64,000 nucleotides of DNA from a virus (Duplodnaviria; Caudoviricetes): IMG/VR virus record IMGVR_UViG_3300037067_012456, positions 32,001-96,000 of that record; one strand, given 5' to 3'. Under the pieces are notes generated by a model. The model did no database searches and was not told the origin of the DNA. It saw nothing but the letters and a program-made list of their open reading frames with translations. A program made the position numbers and the translations under genes. Below, in pieces: positions 1-9,329 of this stretch. How positions within the stretch are numbered: the first letter of the stretch is position 1; every line of letters starts with the position of its first letter.

Positions 1-1265
1 TTAGCTATACGATAAGTAACATCAGAATCCATTGCAGAGTAATACTCACCTGGAGTTAATTCAAATTCCTTTAATTTTGCTTCTTTTGTAGTAGCTAAAT
101 AATCTCTTATACCTACCAAATATTTATCATATTCAGTAATAGCATCTTTGTCTAATACAGTATAATCAGCACTATTAAATAATTCCATTTGGGAGTCTTT
201 TTCTCCCTCTTCCTCTTCTTCAATAAGAGCATCTTGATATGCTTTTATACCACCATATTTATTTAGAATACTTTTATAACCACCTTCTGTAGTTAATAAC
301 CAAGACATTGTATCCAATGCAAATAAGGAGTTTCCAGCACCACCTTCTGCTTTCATATTTAACATATGAAATGCTAACATTGTATCAAATATTTTTTTAT
401 TTACTTTATATCCACATTGTCTTAAAAACATTAAATCAAAATGAGCATTATGTAATATCTTTTCATTGTCTGTTATTAAAAATTCTGAAAATAAATCATT
501 AAATTCCAATAGATCTGACCATTTAATGTGTACTCCCTCACCAATAGCCTTACAAAAGGAGATATCTGTAATTCTATCTTCTCTATGATTTAAACCGGTT
601 GTTTCTATGTCTAATGCTACGGATGGGGCTTTTATTAATTCAGTTAAATAATTCTTAATTTTAACTGGATCTTTTAACGTAATAGGTTTACTTTTAATAG
701 TTCTTGCTTGTGGTAATTCTGATATTTTTTTTGCTAATTCTAAATCAGAAATAAATTCATTTAAAAGTTGATTATCCTGTTGTCTTATTAAATAAGCAGG
801 ATGATATGTAGGTATTACAGTAGTATTTAATTCAGGAATATAAAATTTTTGACCACGAGCTACTTCTATACTTATACCTAATTTTAATAATTGTACAGTT
901 GCTATTTTACCAACAGCAATAATAACTGTAGGTTTAATTTTTAATACAGTTTCCATTGTAAATGCTCTACAACATTCAATTTCTAATGGGGAAGGAGTTC
1001 TATTAGAACCATCTGAATTTGAGGGTCTGCACGATACTGAATTATCTATATAGCAATCTATATTAAGTTTAGTTAGATAGTTTTGTAACAATGAACCAGA
1101 AGATCCTATAAATGGAGTATTTGCCATATCTTCATCTTTCCCGGGTGCCTCGCCCAATACTAGAATTTTGGCATTAGGATTTCCTCTTCCATTTAAATGT
1201 GGATGTATACATTGTTTAAAAAGACCACAACGAGTACATAAAAAGTTTTTAGTATTATAATCCAT
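1..1265 (-). CDS. DNA polymerase (family A, SPO1-like) with N-terminal family-4 uracil-DNA glycosylase domain; runs off the left edge
   Basis: Not in the ORF track; translated by hand from ATG 1265. UDG-4 part: MDYNTKNFLCTRCGLF...GNPNAKILVLGEAPGKDED...PFIGSSG...CRP...NRTPSPLEIECC...PTYHPAYLIR, with Fe-S cysteines. Then VALDIETTGL...HNAHFD...FDTML...YSAMDSDVT (3'-5' exonuclease motifs Exo I/II/III). The polymerase domain lies outside the window. Confidence 0.88.
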   Translation of the reverse strand, partial: MDYNTKNFLCTRCGLFKQCIHPHLNGRGNPNAKILVLGEAPGKDEDMANTPFIGSSGSLLQNYLTKLNIDCYIDNSVSCRPSNSDGSNRTPSPLEIECCRAFTMETVLKIKPTVIIAVGKIATVQLLKLGISIEVARGQKFYIPELNTTVIPTYHPAYLIRQQDNQLLNEFISDLELAKKISELPQARTIKSKPITLKDPVKIKNYLTELIKAPSVALDIETTGLNHREDRITDISFCKAIGEGVHIKWSDLLEFNDLFSEFLITDNEKILHNAHFDLMFLRQCGYKVNKKIFDTMLAFHMLNMKAEGGAGNSLFALDTMSWLLTTEGGYKSILNKYGGIKAYQDALIEEEEEGEKDSQMELFNSADYTVLDKDAITEYDKYLVGIRDYLATTKEAKLKEFELTPGEYYSAMDSDVTYRIA

Positions 1266-1435
1266 TATTGTATATCCACAAAATCTCCATCATCATTTAA
1301 AACTTTACCTTCAGAGAAATTTTCAAGAATTTCATCTATTATATCTACTATAAATACAGCTCCTGCATAACTACTACCAAGTAACATTTCTTCGTTTATT
1401 AATTCTTCACGTTCTTGTTTACTAAGAAAACTCAT
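1265..1435 (-). CDS. small acidic hypothetical protein (56 aa)
   Basis: MSFLSKQEREELINEEML...DFVDIQ*; ATGA overlap with the upstream gene and TAATG coupling to the polymerase start. Confidence 0.6.
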   Translation of the reverse strand: MSFLSKQEREELINEEMLLGSSYAGAVFIVDIIDEILENFSEGKVLNDDGDFVDIQ

Positions 1436-1971
1436 ATTAAATTTTTGTCAATACTTTCATTTATTTTATTTAAAACATCTATTTGATATTTTTTTAAATC
1501 AACATTAATTTTTCTATTAAAAATATAATCAAAATCATGAGCGATTCTAGAAAGAACATATGCATCTGCTTGGTCATTTTGTCTTATTTCTACACCAAAA
1601 TTTTTAAATACATCTAAAATAATTAATCCTTTTTCTCCTTTACCTTGACCAGATACATATTTTTTTAATTGTAAAGGAACCACCTTTAATAAAGGTAATC
1701 CCATTTTAAATAGATTGGTTTTAACCAATCCTGACCATTCTCCCATAGAAAATTGTTGACCGTCTGCTCTAAAAGCGGGAGTTTCATATGCTGATAAAAA
1801 TATTTTCTCTTTATAAGGAGAAAGTATTTTTAATAACATCTCTTCTAAAAAGAAGAGTCTTTCTGTTTCTCTGGCCTCTACATGTAATAATTCTTTAATT
1901 ATAATATTATAATCATCATCAATTATTACAATACCCGTTCCAGTTAGTGATAAATCTAATCCTAGATACAT
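1432..1971 (-). CDS. ruvC: RuvC-like Holliday junction resolvase
   Basis: N-terminal YLGLDLSLTGTG, AYETP, P.QLKKYVSG.GKGEK and C-terminal QNDQADAY, matching the RNase H-fold RuvC acidic tetrad. Confidence 0.85.
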   Translation of the reverse strand: MYLGLDLSLTGTGIVIIDDDYNIIIKELLHVEARETERLFFLEEMLLKILSPYKEKIFLSAYETPAFRADGQQFSMGEWSGLVKTNLFKMGLPLLKVVPLQLKKYVSGQGKGEKGLIILDVFKNFGVEIRQNDQADAYVLSRIAHDFDYIFNRKINVDLKKYQIDVLNKINESIDKNLI

Positions 1972-1980
1972 TATTAAATT

Positions 1981-2012
1981 AAATAAACCCCTATTTTACT
2001 AGGGATTTATTT
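1981..2012 (-). terminator. intergenic stem-loop, putative intrinsic terminator or attenuator downstream of the SSB-like gene
   Basis: AAATAAA-C-CCCTA / TAGGG-A-TTTATTT inverted repeat. Confidence 0.5.
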
Positions 2013-2020
2013 ATCCTTAT

Positions 2021-3190
2021 TTATTGATATACTGCTCCGCAATGTGGGCATACTGTAGCTTTTGTACTAAAAAGATTGTTACATACACTACAGGGTTCTA
2101 GAAGTTTATCACCACATTTAGGACAGATAATAGAATCTTCTGGAATCAATACAGCACAAGTAGGACAAGGAATCATTTTAGTATTTGCAGGTACCGCAGG
2201 AGTAGTACTAGGGGTTACTAAACGCCTACCACTAGATACAGGAGGAGTTACAGGAGCTTTTGAAGCCTCAAAAGGTATATTATTATCATTAAAAGGATTA
2301 TCTATTGGTGCTTGCATAGGAGGAGTTACTTGCATAGCTGTTTTATTATCTTTGTTTTTTTCCCAAAGTTCTTGTTCAATAGATGCTTGTTTTTCCATTT
2401 CTTGATAATAATTTGTTCCCATAGCAACATCCATTCTTTTTATTTTATTAGGAATATGCTTTAGGCAATAATATGCAGATGAAAGTCGTGTAACTTCTTT
2501 TAGGTCATATTTCATATATTGCTTTTCGTCAACAGAAAGTTCACCAGCAACAGCATGAGCTACACCAGGACCTGCTTTTAGCATAGAATGAACTGTTTTA
2601 GAACCAGCTCCTTGTTTAATATAATTAATATCATATTCTTCTACTTTAGGACCATCATTTTCCATAACTGCTTTAAGAGCAGTAAGAGCTTTTTGTCCCA
2701 ATTTAATAATTTTAGTGTGCTTATTAGCCATACACCAATAAACATTTTGATTATCAACTATTTCGGGTGTACGCTGAATAGCATTATACATCCATTCATC
2801 TTTGGGTTTAGCAGAACCAGTTCCTTGATAAGAATCATTCCAATATTCAGTCATTATTTTATACAATTCAGGATCTTTTGCTTGATATGTAGGAGTTGCA
2901 CCAAATTTAGTTTTTTTGGTTTCAAAATATCCACCATTATAAAAATTCTTTTTATCTCCAAACATCCTACCTAAAATACTTATTCCTTCATGTTCATTTT
3001 TTATAATGAATGGACGAATAACATTATCATCGCACATAATCCAAGATATATTGTAAGAAATTAGAGAATCTTTTCCGTCAACCAATCTAAATACGTTAGG
3101 TACATTAGTAGTTACTTTAATTTCCTTTGCATATTCCCGTTCTCCCCCAGTTTCTGGAAACCCTCCAGTGATTTCTTCAAATTTTCCCAT
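2021..3190 (-). CDS. putative single-stranded DNA-binding protein with C-terminal double zinc ribbon
   Basis: Lies between UvsY-like and RuvC genes; beta-rich N-terminal domain, Pro-rich linker with DNPF/IPF motifs, four CxxC pairs at the C-terminus. The SSB call is mostly contextual. Confidence 0.45.
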   Translation of the reverse strand: MGKFEEITGGFPETGGEREYAKEIKVTTNVPNVFRLVDGKDSLISYNISWIMCDDNVIRPFIIKNEHEGISILGRMFGDKKNFYNGGYFETKKTKFGATPTYQAKDPELYKIMTEYWNDSYQGTGSAKPKDEWMYNAIQRTPEIVDNQNVYWCMANKHTKIIKLGQKALTALKAVMENDGPKVEEYDINYIKQGAGSKTVHSMLKAGPGVAHAVAGELSVDEKQYMKYDLKEVTRLSSAYYCLKHIPNKIKRMDVAMGTNYYQEMEKQASIEQELWEKNKDNKTAMQVTPPMQAPIDNPFNDNNIPFEASKAPVTPPVSSGRRLVTPSTTPAVPANTKMIPCPTCAVLIPEDSIICPKCGDKLLEPCSVCNNLFSTKATVCPHCGAVYQ

Positions 3191-3217
3191 GTTTAGTCTC
3201 CTATTTTATTATTTATA

Positions 3218-3781
3218 TTAATTTCTGTACCATGTACAGTTTATTAATTCTTGTTTATTATTAAATTTTTGCAAATAATTAAATCCGTAAAATCCAGTTT
3301 TTGTTCCTTTTTTTCTTAGATTATCATTTAAAATTAAATTATCATCTTGAAATTTTTTTAATGTTGGAATAGAAGCAAATCCACATATTAAAACTGTATT
3401 ATAATTCCAAATTATTGTTATTATTTCTGGTCTTTGTACTTTTTTATGTACTATTGGGAATTTACCATATTCAACTGCCTTTATTCCTATATTTAATCCT
3501 AAAGGGAGTAAATCTGCTTTATTATAATCTTTAGAATCTCCAATAGACCAATCAATAAAAGATTCTTTTAAAAAGAGTTCTACTGCTATTTCTCCTTTAA
3601 TTCCAGTTAAAGTTCTTTTATATTCTTTATCTCCATCTTTTTGATGTTGATATTCAGATAATTTTCTATCTGCTTTTTTAATAGCAAAATTAATTGCTAT
3701 TTCTATATTTTTTTCTGATAGCGTTATTTTTATATAATCTTTAATATATTTTTCTATTTCTTCTTTATAATTATGAAACAT
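3218..3781 (-). CDS. hypothetical protein, possible PD-(D/E)XK-like nuclease
   Basis: G.KGEIAVE...ADL...IGIKAV pattern resembles restriction-like nuclease motifs. Confidence 0.4.
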   Translation of the reverse strand: MFHNYKEEIEKYIKDYIKITLSEKNIEIAINFAIKKADRKLSEYQHQKDGDKEYKRTLTGIKGEIAVELFLKESFIDWSIGDSKDYNKADLLPLGLNIGIKAVEYGKFPIVHKKVQRPEIITIIWNYNTVLICGFASIPTLKKFQDDNLILNDNLRKKGTKTGFYGFNYLQKFNNKQELINCTWYRN

Positions 3782-3783
3782 GA

Positions 3784-4278
3784 TTATCTTGGAACAGTAT
3801 TAAAATCCTTCATCGCATGAAGTTTAAAACCAAAACTTTCTAGGCTAGAAACAACTCGTTTCATAACTCCATGTTTATATTTTTCTTTACTTATCAAATT
3901 TTTATATTCTTGATATTCTTTTTCAAAATGCGTTTTAATGAGATTTTCTTTCTCTTTCTCAGTACGTTTATTTTTTGAAGGTAAAGGAAATATAGTATCT
4001 ATTTCAATATATTTTTTAGATTGCCACAGATCAAATTCATCTTCAAGAAGTTGAAGTACACGACTTTGAGATTCTAAAATTATGCTATAAATAAATAATT
4101 TTCTAGAAATCTCATTTATTTCTTTCATAACTAATAGTGGATCACCATAGTTAGCTAATTCTAGTATTTTAGAATCGAAAGAAACGTGTTCAGATGGTAG
4201 AGAGGTATAAGTATTGTTTTCTTTAAAAAGTTTATATTCCTCTGATATAGTCCCAAAAATATCTTCTATTTTTCCCAT
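3784..4278 (-). CDS. UvsY-like recombination mediator
   Basis: All-helical 164 aa with TEKEKENLI...EY...LESFGFKL pattern like T4 UvsY; adjacent to the SSB-like gene. Confidence 0.55.
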   Translation of the reverse strand: MGKIEDIFGTISEEYKLFKENNTYTSLPSEHVSFDSKILELANYGDPLLVMKEINEISRKLFIYSIILESQSRVLQLLEDEFDLWQSKKYIEIDTIFPLPSKNKRTEKEKENLIKTHFEKEYQEYKNLISKEKYKHGVMKRVVSSLESFGFKLHAMKDFNTVPR

Positions 4279-4331
4279 ATTTCCCCTGTTTGTTTACTTT
4301 ACTTTCCATAAATTTACTCAATATTCTTTTA

Positions 4332-4526
4332 TTAGTCAACTGTTTTTTGATTTTCTTCTTCAATTAATATTTGCATTTCTTTTTCTATTAATTTTTGGAT
4401 TATGTCAGATGTCTTTGTAACATGTAATTTTTTACCAATTTCTTCCAACATTAGCTTATGTTTTGGAAGTAATGATACTGACAAATTTTTTGCTTTTCTT
4501 TCATCTGATATTTTTACTCTTCCCAT
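4332..4526 (-). CDS. ribbon-helix-helix (CopG/Arc-like) DNA-binding protein
   Basis: KNLSVSL beta strand followed by two helices (LMLEEIGKKL / TSDIIQKLIE); 64 aa. Confidence 0.6.
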   Translation of the reverse strand: MGRVKISDERKAKNLSVSLLPKHKLMLEEIGKKLHVTKTSDIIQKLIEKEMQILIEEENQKTVD

Positions 4527-4563
4527 AATATTTTATTTTCCTTTCATTTTTAAAATTAAATAC

Positions 4564-4622
4564 TTGACTTATTTTGTCATTATTATTATATAATATATAA
4601 TATATTATTAGTAATTTGTCAA
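4564..4622. promoter_or_regulatory. overlapping oppositely oriented sigma70-type promoters
   Basis: Plus: TTGACT(4564)-17-TATATA. Minus: TTGACA(4622)-17-TATATA. Lies between the RHH gene and the phosphoesterase gene. Confidence 0.65.
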
Positions 4623-4651
4623 CTAAAAAATAATATTAAGGGGAAAATTTT

Positions 4652-5935
4652 ATGCCCAAAACTGTACAGATGGTTAAAAATGAAGATAAAATTATTACAA
4701 ATGAAGAGTTATTTGAAGATTTAAAAAAAGTTGTAGATAAATATAAAAAAAAGAACCCAAAAGCTAAAAATTTACTTACTAGGGATTTTTATAGAAAAAA
4801 TAGTAATTATAAAGAGTCTGATTATAGTAAATTTGGTTCATTTAAAGATTTTATAGAAGTTTTTAAAAAAGGAAACAAAGAAATTCAAGAATTTGAAAAT
4901 GAAAAACAATTAATAATATTACAAGATGAAATATCAAAATTAAAACAAGACAAAGATAAATTACTTAAAAGATCTATTACTGAAGATAATCTTCTAGATA
5001 TCTACAAAGAATCTGTTGTTAAAGAATTTAAATACAAAGTATTCCCCCTTAAAAAAGAATCAACATCTAATAAAGATTTTATACTTAATTTTTCAGATTT
5101 ACATCTTGGAGAAGTTGTTATTCCAGAAGAAGTAAATTTTGTTAATGAATTTAATAAAAATATAGCTATTAAAAGAATGGATCAATTATTTGATAAATTA
5201 GTAAAATATGCTAAAAAAATCGTTGTTAGAGATCTTCATATAGAAATGAATGGAGATTTATTTTCTGGGGGTATTCATCAAGAACTTGTTAGAAATAGTG
5301 ATCTTAATGAAGTAGATGCTATATTCTATCTTCAACATTATATGATTCCAAAATTATGCTCTTTATCTGAATACTTTGATCACATTTTTGTTGATGTTCT
5401 TGTCGGGAATCATCCAAGAATTCTTATAGGTAAACCGTATTTTAAAGAACAAGTGAAAATGAATTTTGAATATATATTTGGTAAACAATTACAGATGTAT
5501 TTTGATTTATTATCAGAACAAGGTAAAAATGATAAAATAAGAATTAATATACCAGAATCTCCTTTTATGATTAAACAAGTTAGAAATACTAAGTTTCTTG
5601 TAACTCATGGTGATATTCTAACTGGTGCTGGAACTGGTGGTTTTCTTGGATTACCAGCATATTCAACAGCAATGTCTGCAGCAAAATTATATGGGATATT
5701 GCATCAATTGGGTATTACAGAAGAAACTAAATTTGATCATATTATTGCAGGACATCTTCATACAACAAGCAAAATTCCTATTTTTAATGGAGGATTCTGT
5801 TTCTATGGTGGATGTATAATTGGAACGAACGAATTTAGTTTGTTTAAAATGAAATCGGTTGCTAAAAAGGAACAATTAGTTTTAATTATAGACGATCAAG
5901 GTATTGATGGAGAAATTAATATTAGATTAGATTAA
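4652..5935 (+). CDS. calcineurin-like metallophosphoesterase with N-terminal putative DNA-binding repeat and coiled coil
   Basis: Motifs SDLHLGE, NGDLFSG, VGNH, THGD, GHLH; N-terminal EELFEDLKKV...TRDFY...KFGSF. Confidence 0.85.
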   Translation: MPKTVQMVKNEDKIITNEELFEDLKKVVDKYKKKNPKAKNLLTRDFYRKNSNYKESDYSKFGSFKDFIEVFKKGNKEIQEFENEKQLIILQDEISKLKQDKDKLLKRSITEDNLLDIYKESVVKEFKYKVFPLKKESTSNKDFILNFSDLHLGEVVIPEEVNFVNEFNKNIAIKRMDQLFDKLVKYAKKIVVRDLHIEMNGDLFSGGIHQELVRNSDLNEVDAIFYLQHYMIPKLCSLSEYFDHIFVDVLVGNHPRILIGKPYFKEQVKMNFEYIFGKQLQMYFDLLSEQGKNDKIRINIPESPFMIKQVRNTKFLVTHGDILTGAGTGGFLGLPAYSTAMSAAKLYGILHQLGITEETKFDHIIAGHLHTTSKIPIFNGGFCFYGGCIIGTNEFSLFKMKSVAKKEQLVLIIDDQGIDGEINIRLD

Positions 5936-5957
5936 TTTCTATTAAATCCTATGAAAT

Positions 5958-5986
5958 AAAAAAAGCCCTCTTTATGGAGGGCTTTT
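5958..5986. terminator. bidirectional intrinsic terminator
   Basis: AAAAAAA-GCCCTC-TTTATG-GAGGGC-TTTT between convergent genes. Confidence 0.85.
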
Positions 5987-5995
5987 AATTTAATA

Positions 5996-6214
5996 CTACT
6001 TACTCTTCTTTTTGTTTTTTGCTTGATCGTTCTTCCACTTATCTCCACCCTTTTTAGGGGTAGTAGCTTTTTCTGGTTTTGAACCCTTTCCGATACCATA
6101 AGCTTTAAGAACATCTTTCCCACCAACAGTTGGTGTTTTACCTGTAGATTTCTTCATTTCCATTTTTTCAGGGATGGAAACTTTCTTCCCTTTTTGTGTT
6201 TTTACTTCTGCCAT
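5996..6214 (-). CDS. small lysine-rich basic protein
   Basis: 72 aa, very K-rich, strong AAGGAG RBS, followed by the terminator. Confidence 0.7.
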   Translation of the reverse strand: MAEVKTQKGKKVSIPEKMEMKKSTGKTPTVGGKDVLKAYGIGKGSKPEKATTPKKGGDKWKNDQAKNKKKSK

Positions 6215-6348
6215 CTAATTTCTCCTTTAGATATATATTTATAATCCATTTTTTGGAATTATTTATTCTTGGTCTTGGTGGCGATAAATTTTTTGGTCTT
6301 TTTCCAATAACATTTTCTACTAATATTGAAGACTCTTCTTTTTTCATA

Positions 6349-7713
6349 TTATCCTATTGCTTTTAATGTTTGATAATCACCATCTATTGTCATTATATCT
6401 TCAAATGCTGGTATATAACAAATTGGTTTCTCATATTCTTTTGCTTGTAATATTATTCCATATTCTCCATCAACTTCAATAAATGAATTAGCATCTGCCT
6501 TTTCATTAGTTGGTACAAAATTTAAATAATTTAACATTGTTTTAGGAACATCTATAATATGCCCTAATGATGTTAAATAAATTCTTGATATTTTATCTGT
6601 CTTAGATAATTGAAATCCTATATATGATTTTGGAACAGGTGTTAAAATACCTGGAAATTGATAATACATAAAATTTTGAGTTAATTTTATAGGTCTTATA
6701 TCTTCTTCCCACACCTGATCTGCTGTTTTTCTAATTATATTCATTAATTCTGCATAAGTTGATTCTTCTGGTAGATTCTTTAAAAAAGTTTGTCTCTCTA
6801 TTTCTTTTTTTAATTTTTCTTTTTCTCTTTCTTGTATATTAAAAAGTTGTTGTTTAGAAGTATATGGTAAAGCTTCATCTATATCTTTTTGTGTTATAAA
6901 TGACCATCTATTAACAGTTACTTCAGTAAGTTTATCATATAATTCTTTCTTAAAATTTGTCAAGGACTTTTTATCCGCATACATAGGTAAACCAGGAGCA
7001 TTATCAGGAATACTTTGATAATTAGTTGGTTTTGGAAATACTAACGAACAATTACACGAAGGGTGGCTGAGTGCTATAATAGGTTTAGCAGGAGAATACC
7101 CATGTTTTTCTGCGTGATTTTGAGCATTTTTTAATATAGAATTAATATTATATGTATTACCAGATCTTATTAAACAAATTGGGGTACTAACTTTTTCTCT
7201 TGTTCTATTTCCATATGCATCTGTTATAAATATATATTGTCTGTGTAAATGACAGTTATTGGAATCCCATTCTGGACCCAATACCCATGTTCCTATTCTA
7301 TATCCCATAGCTTTTAGATACTCTAATACTGTAAGAGAAGAATCTTTATGTTGATCTTCATCTATGTCAAATTCAGCTTGATTTACAATAGATGGAAAAA
7401 ATTGATTTAAAACACCAAATTCTGGTGCTCTTTCTTCTATTGGAGGCTTTTTTTTAAGTTTTGGTGCTATAGGTTGTTTACGTTGTAAAGTTTCTTTATA
7501 TTCTTGTTCTGGTGTTTTTGGAGGAGAAATAGGTTGTACTGGAGGTTGTACTGGAACCGCAGTTACTGGTTTTTTTGTAATTATTTGTGGAGTTAGTGGA
7601 TTAGATTCAAGATCAGACGCACGTTCTTCTATATCTTTATTAGTTAATGAATTTTGAATATTCTTTTCAAAATTAGAATAATCAAAAAGTGCTGCTTGTT
7701 TTTTAGAATCCAT
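6349..7713 (-). CDS. putative head protein with MuF/minor-head-like Cys motif
   Basis: LKAMGYRIGTWV...C...C...HPSCNC resembles the HPNCRC motif of MuF/SPP1 gp7-type domains; KQAA and KTAD motifs. Confidence 0.45.
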   Translation of the reverse strand: MDSKKQAALFDYSNFEKNIQNSLTNKDIEERASDLESNPLTPQIITKKPVTAVPVQPPVQPISPPKTPEQEYKETLQRKQPIAPKLKKKPPIEERAPEFGVLNQFFPSIVNQAEFDIDEDQHKDSSLTVLEYLKAMGYRIGTWVLGPEWDSNNCHLHRQYIFITDAYGNRTREKVSTPICLIRSGNTYNINSILKNAQNHAEKHGYSPAKPIIALSHPSCNCSLVFPKPTNYQSIPDNAPGLPMYADKKSLTNFKKELYDKLTEVTVNRWSFITQKDIDEALPYTSKQQLFNIQEREKEKLKKEIERQTFLKNLPEESTYAELMNIIRKTADQVWEEDIRPIKLTQNFMYYQFPGILTPVPKSYIGFQLSKTDKISRIYLTSLGHIIDVPKTMLNYLNFVPTNEKADANSFIEVDGEYGIILQAKEYEKPICYIPAFEDIMTIDGDYQTLKAIG

Positions 7714-8663
7714 TAAATTATATTTCCAGATAATATTTGGTAAATATTAACTACATCATTGGCTGTTAAATAGGTATTTTTATAGAGGGCATAAATTTCA
7801 AATATGATCTTTAAATAACCATATCTTTGTAAAACTTTATAAATCAAATTTCCCTCAGAATAATTAATAGATCCCATTAATTTTTCAAGATCACTATTAA
7901 GTTCTTTTTTAGTAAATTCACTTTTCCTTAAAATTTTAACAATATTTCTATCTTTATTAATTTCTTCAATATCTTTATTTATATTTTGTAATGATGTTTT
8001 TATATCATTATGTAATAAAGCAAGATCATCTTTATCTAAAGTTTTCATATAATCTCTAAGAACTAAAAAATCTATGCTATCTCTTTTTGCTCTTTCTATA
8101 TCAACAACTATTTTTTCAATATATTTTTGAGCTTTTTCTTTAGCATAGTTTAATACATAGGATGAAGACATTTTACCTTCAAATTTTTTTGGTTCTTTAA
8201 TCCATTTATCGGTTATAAGATTATATAAACTATCATATTTAATTAAACTACTTTCACTTGCTTCTTCTTCTGTAAAGAAATAGAAATCTAAAGGATGTAA
8301 AGTTCTTGGTATAAAATCAGTTAAAAAATGACTTTTTCTACCAGCTTCAATTAATTCATCACAAATATCTTCTCCAGTAGAATCTCTATATTCAATATTA
8401 TATGATTTAAAATTATTAATATTTATAACTACTTTTATATCCAAATCAGAATCATCTCTATAAAAATAGGTGGCTAAAGAAGATCCTATAAATAAATGCG
8501 AAACAAATTCATTTGCAGCTTTTATACTAATACTAGTAAAAAATCCCATAAGAGCTTTATAAATATAAGATTTAATATATGGGTGTATTTTATTATTTTC
8601 CCAAATTTCTGGACATAGAATAGTCCGTTGATAATCTAAAATAGAGGATTGTTTATTCATCAT
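7713..8663 (-). CDS. DNA polymerase beta-superfamily nucleotidyltransferase
   Basis: IGSSLATYFYRDDSDLDIKV (GS...DxD), third acidic residue in HPLDFY, Y.L..D.WIK.P motif, helical C-terminal domain. Confidence 0.8.
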   Translation of the reverse strand: MMNKQSSILDYQRTILCPEIWENNKIHPYIKSYIYKALMGFFTSISIKAANEFVSHLFIGSSLATYFYRDDSDLDIKVVININNFKSYNIEYRDSTGEDICDELIEAGRKSHFLTDFIPRTLHPLDFYFFTEEEASESSLIKYDSLYNLITDKWIKEPKKFEGKMSSSYVLNYAKEKAQKYIEKIVVDIERAKRDSIDFLVLRDYMKTLDKDDLALLHNDIKTSLQNINKDIEEINKDRNIVKILRKSEFTKKELNSDLEKLMGSINYSEGNLIYKVLQRYGYLKIIFEIYALYKNTYLTANDVVNIYQILSGNII

Positions 8664-8919
8664 CGTCTGAATTTTTGTAATCTTGAATGATATTTGTAAG
8701 TTTTTCTGTTTTCTTTAGTAGTAGAATAGATTGATCATGAGATATATTTATATTAGCAAACCATTCATCACTTGTATACATTATTTCAACTATTGCATCA
8801 CGGATTTCATTTAAGAAAAAAACCAAATTTCTATCTTTATTCATACGATCAATTTGTTCTAATTGACCAATTGAATATTCACATTTTTGACGAATAATAT
8901 TTTCAAATAATTGTGTCAT
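8653..8919 (-). CDS. hypothetical protein
   Basis: 88-aa ORF overlapping both neighbours. Confidence 0.6.
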   Translation of the reverse strand: MTQLFENIIRQKCEYSIGQLEQIDRMNKDRNLVFFLNEIRDAIVEIMYTSDEWFANINISHDQSILLLKKTEKLTNIIQDYKNSDDDE

Positions 8920-9320
8920 TAATCTATATCACCATAAGGTTCTGAAGTTGTGTGTACTTTAGTAAAATCACCTTCTTTTAATTTAAATACACTTTCTTTT
9001 GATAGCAACTGTGATCCACCAGTATCCCATTTAACTAAAATGGTATCACCATCATTTTTAATTCCTTTTACTGTTCCCTCACGACCAGTCATTCTTGATC
9101 TGACACTATTACCAATAGCGATATCTTCTTCTTTAATAAAAGTAGAAATTAGATCTTCTCTTGCAGCTTTCTTAAATGTATTTTTAATAGCAGTTGTACT
9201 ATATTTATATCCATAAGTAGCAAACCAATCTGCTAATTTATCCATTTCAAAATTTCTTTCTAACATTCTATATAATGTATCTATATAATCTTGTTTACTT
9301 TCTTTATTAATTGGTCTCAT
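8919..9320 (-). CDS. hypothetical protein with SH3/KOW-like beta barrel
   Basis: IAIGNSVRSRMTGREGTV...LVKWDTG; GAGG RBS. Confidence 0.55.
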   Translation of the reverse strand: MRPINKESKQDYIDTLYRMLERNFEMDKLADWFATYGYKYSTTAIKNTFKKAAREDLISTFIKEEDIAIGNSVRSRMTGREGTVKGIKNDGDTILVKWDTGGSQLLSKESVFKLKEGDFTKVHTTSEPYGDID

Positions 9321-9329
9321 TTTTTACCT

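Noticed and set aside
6168-6347. 59-aa minus-strand ORF (MKKEESSILVENV...)
   Set aside because: Plausible, but it overlaps the next gene by ~47 bp and has no recognisable motif; insufficient support.
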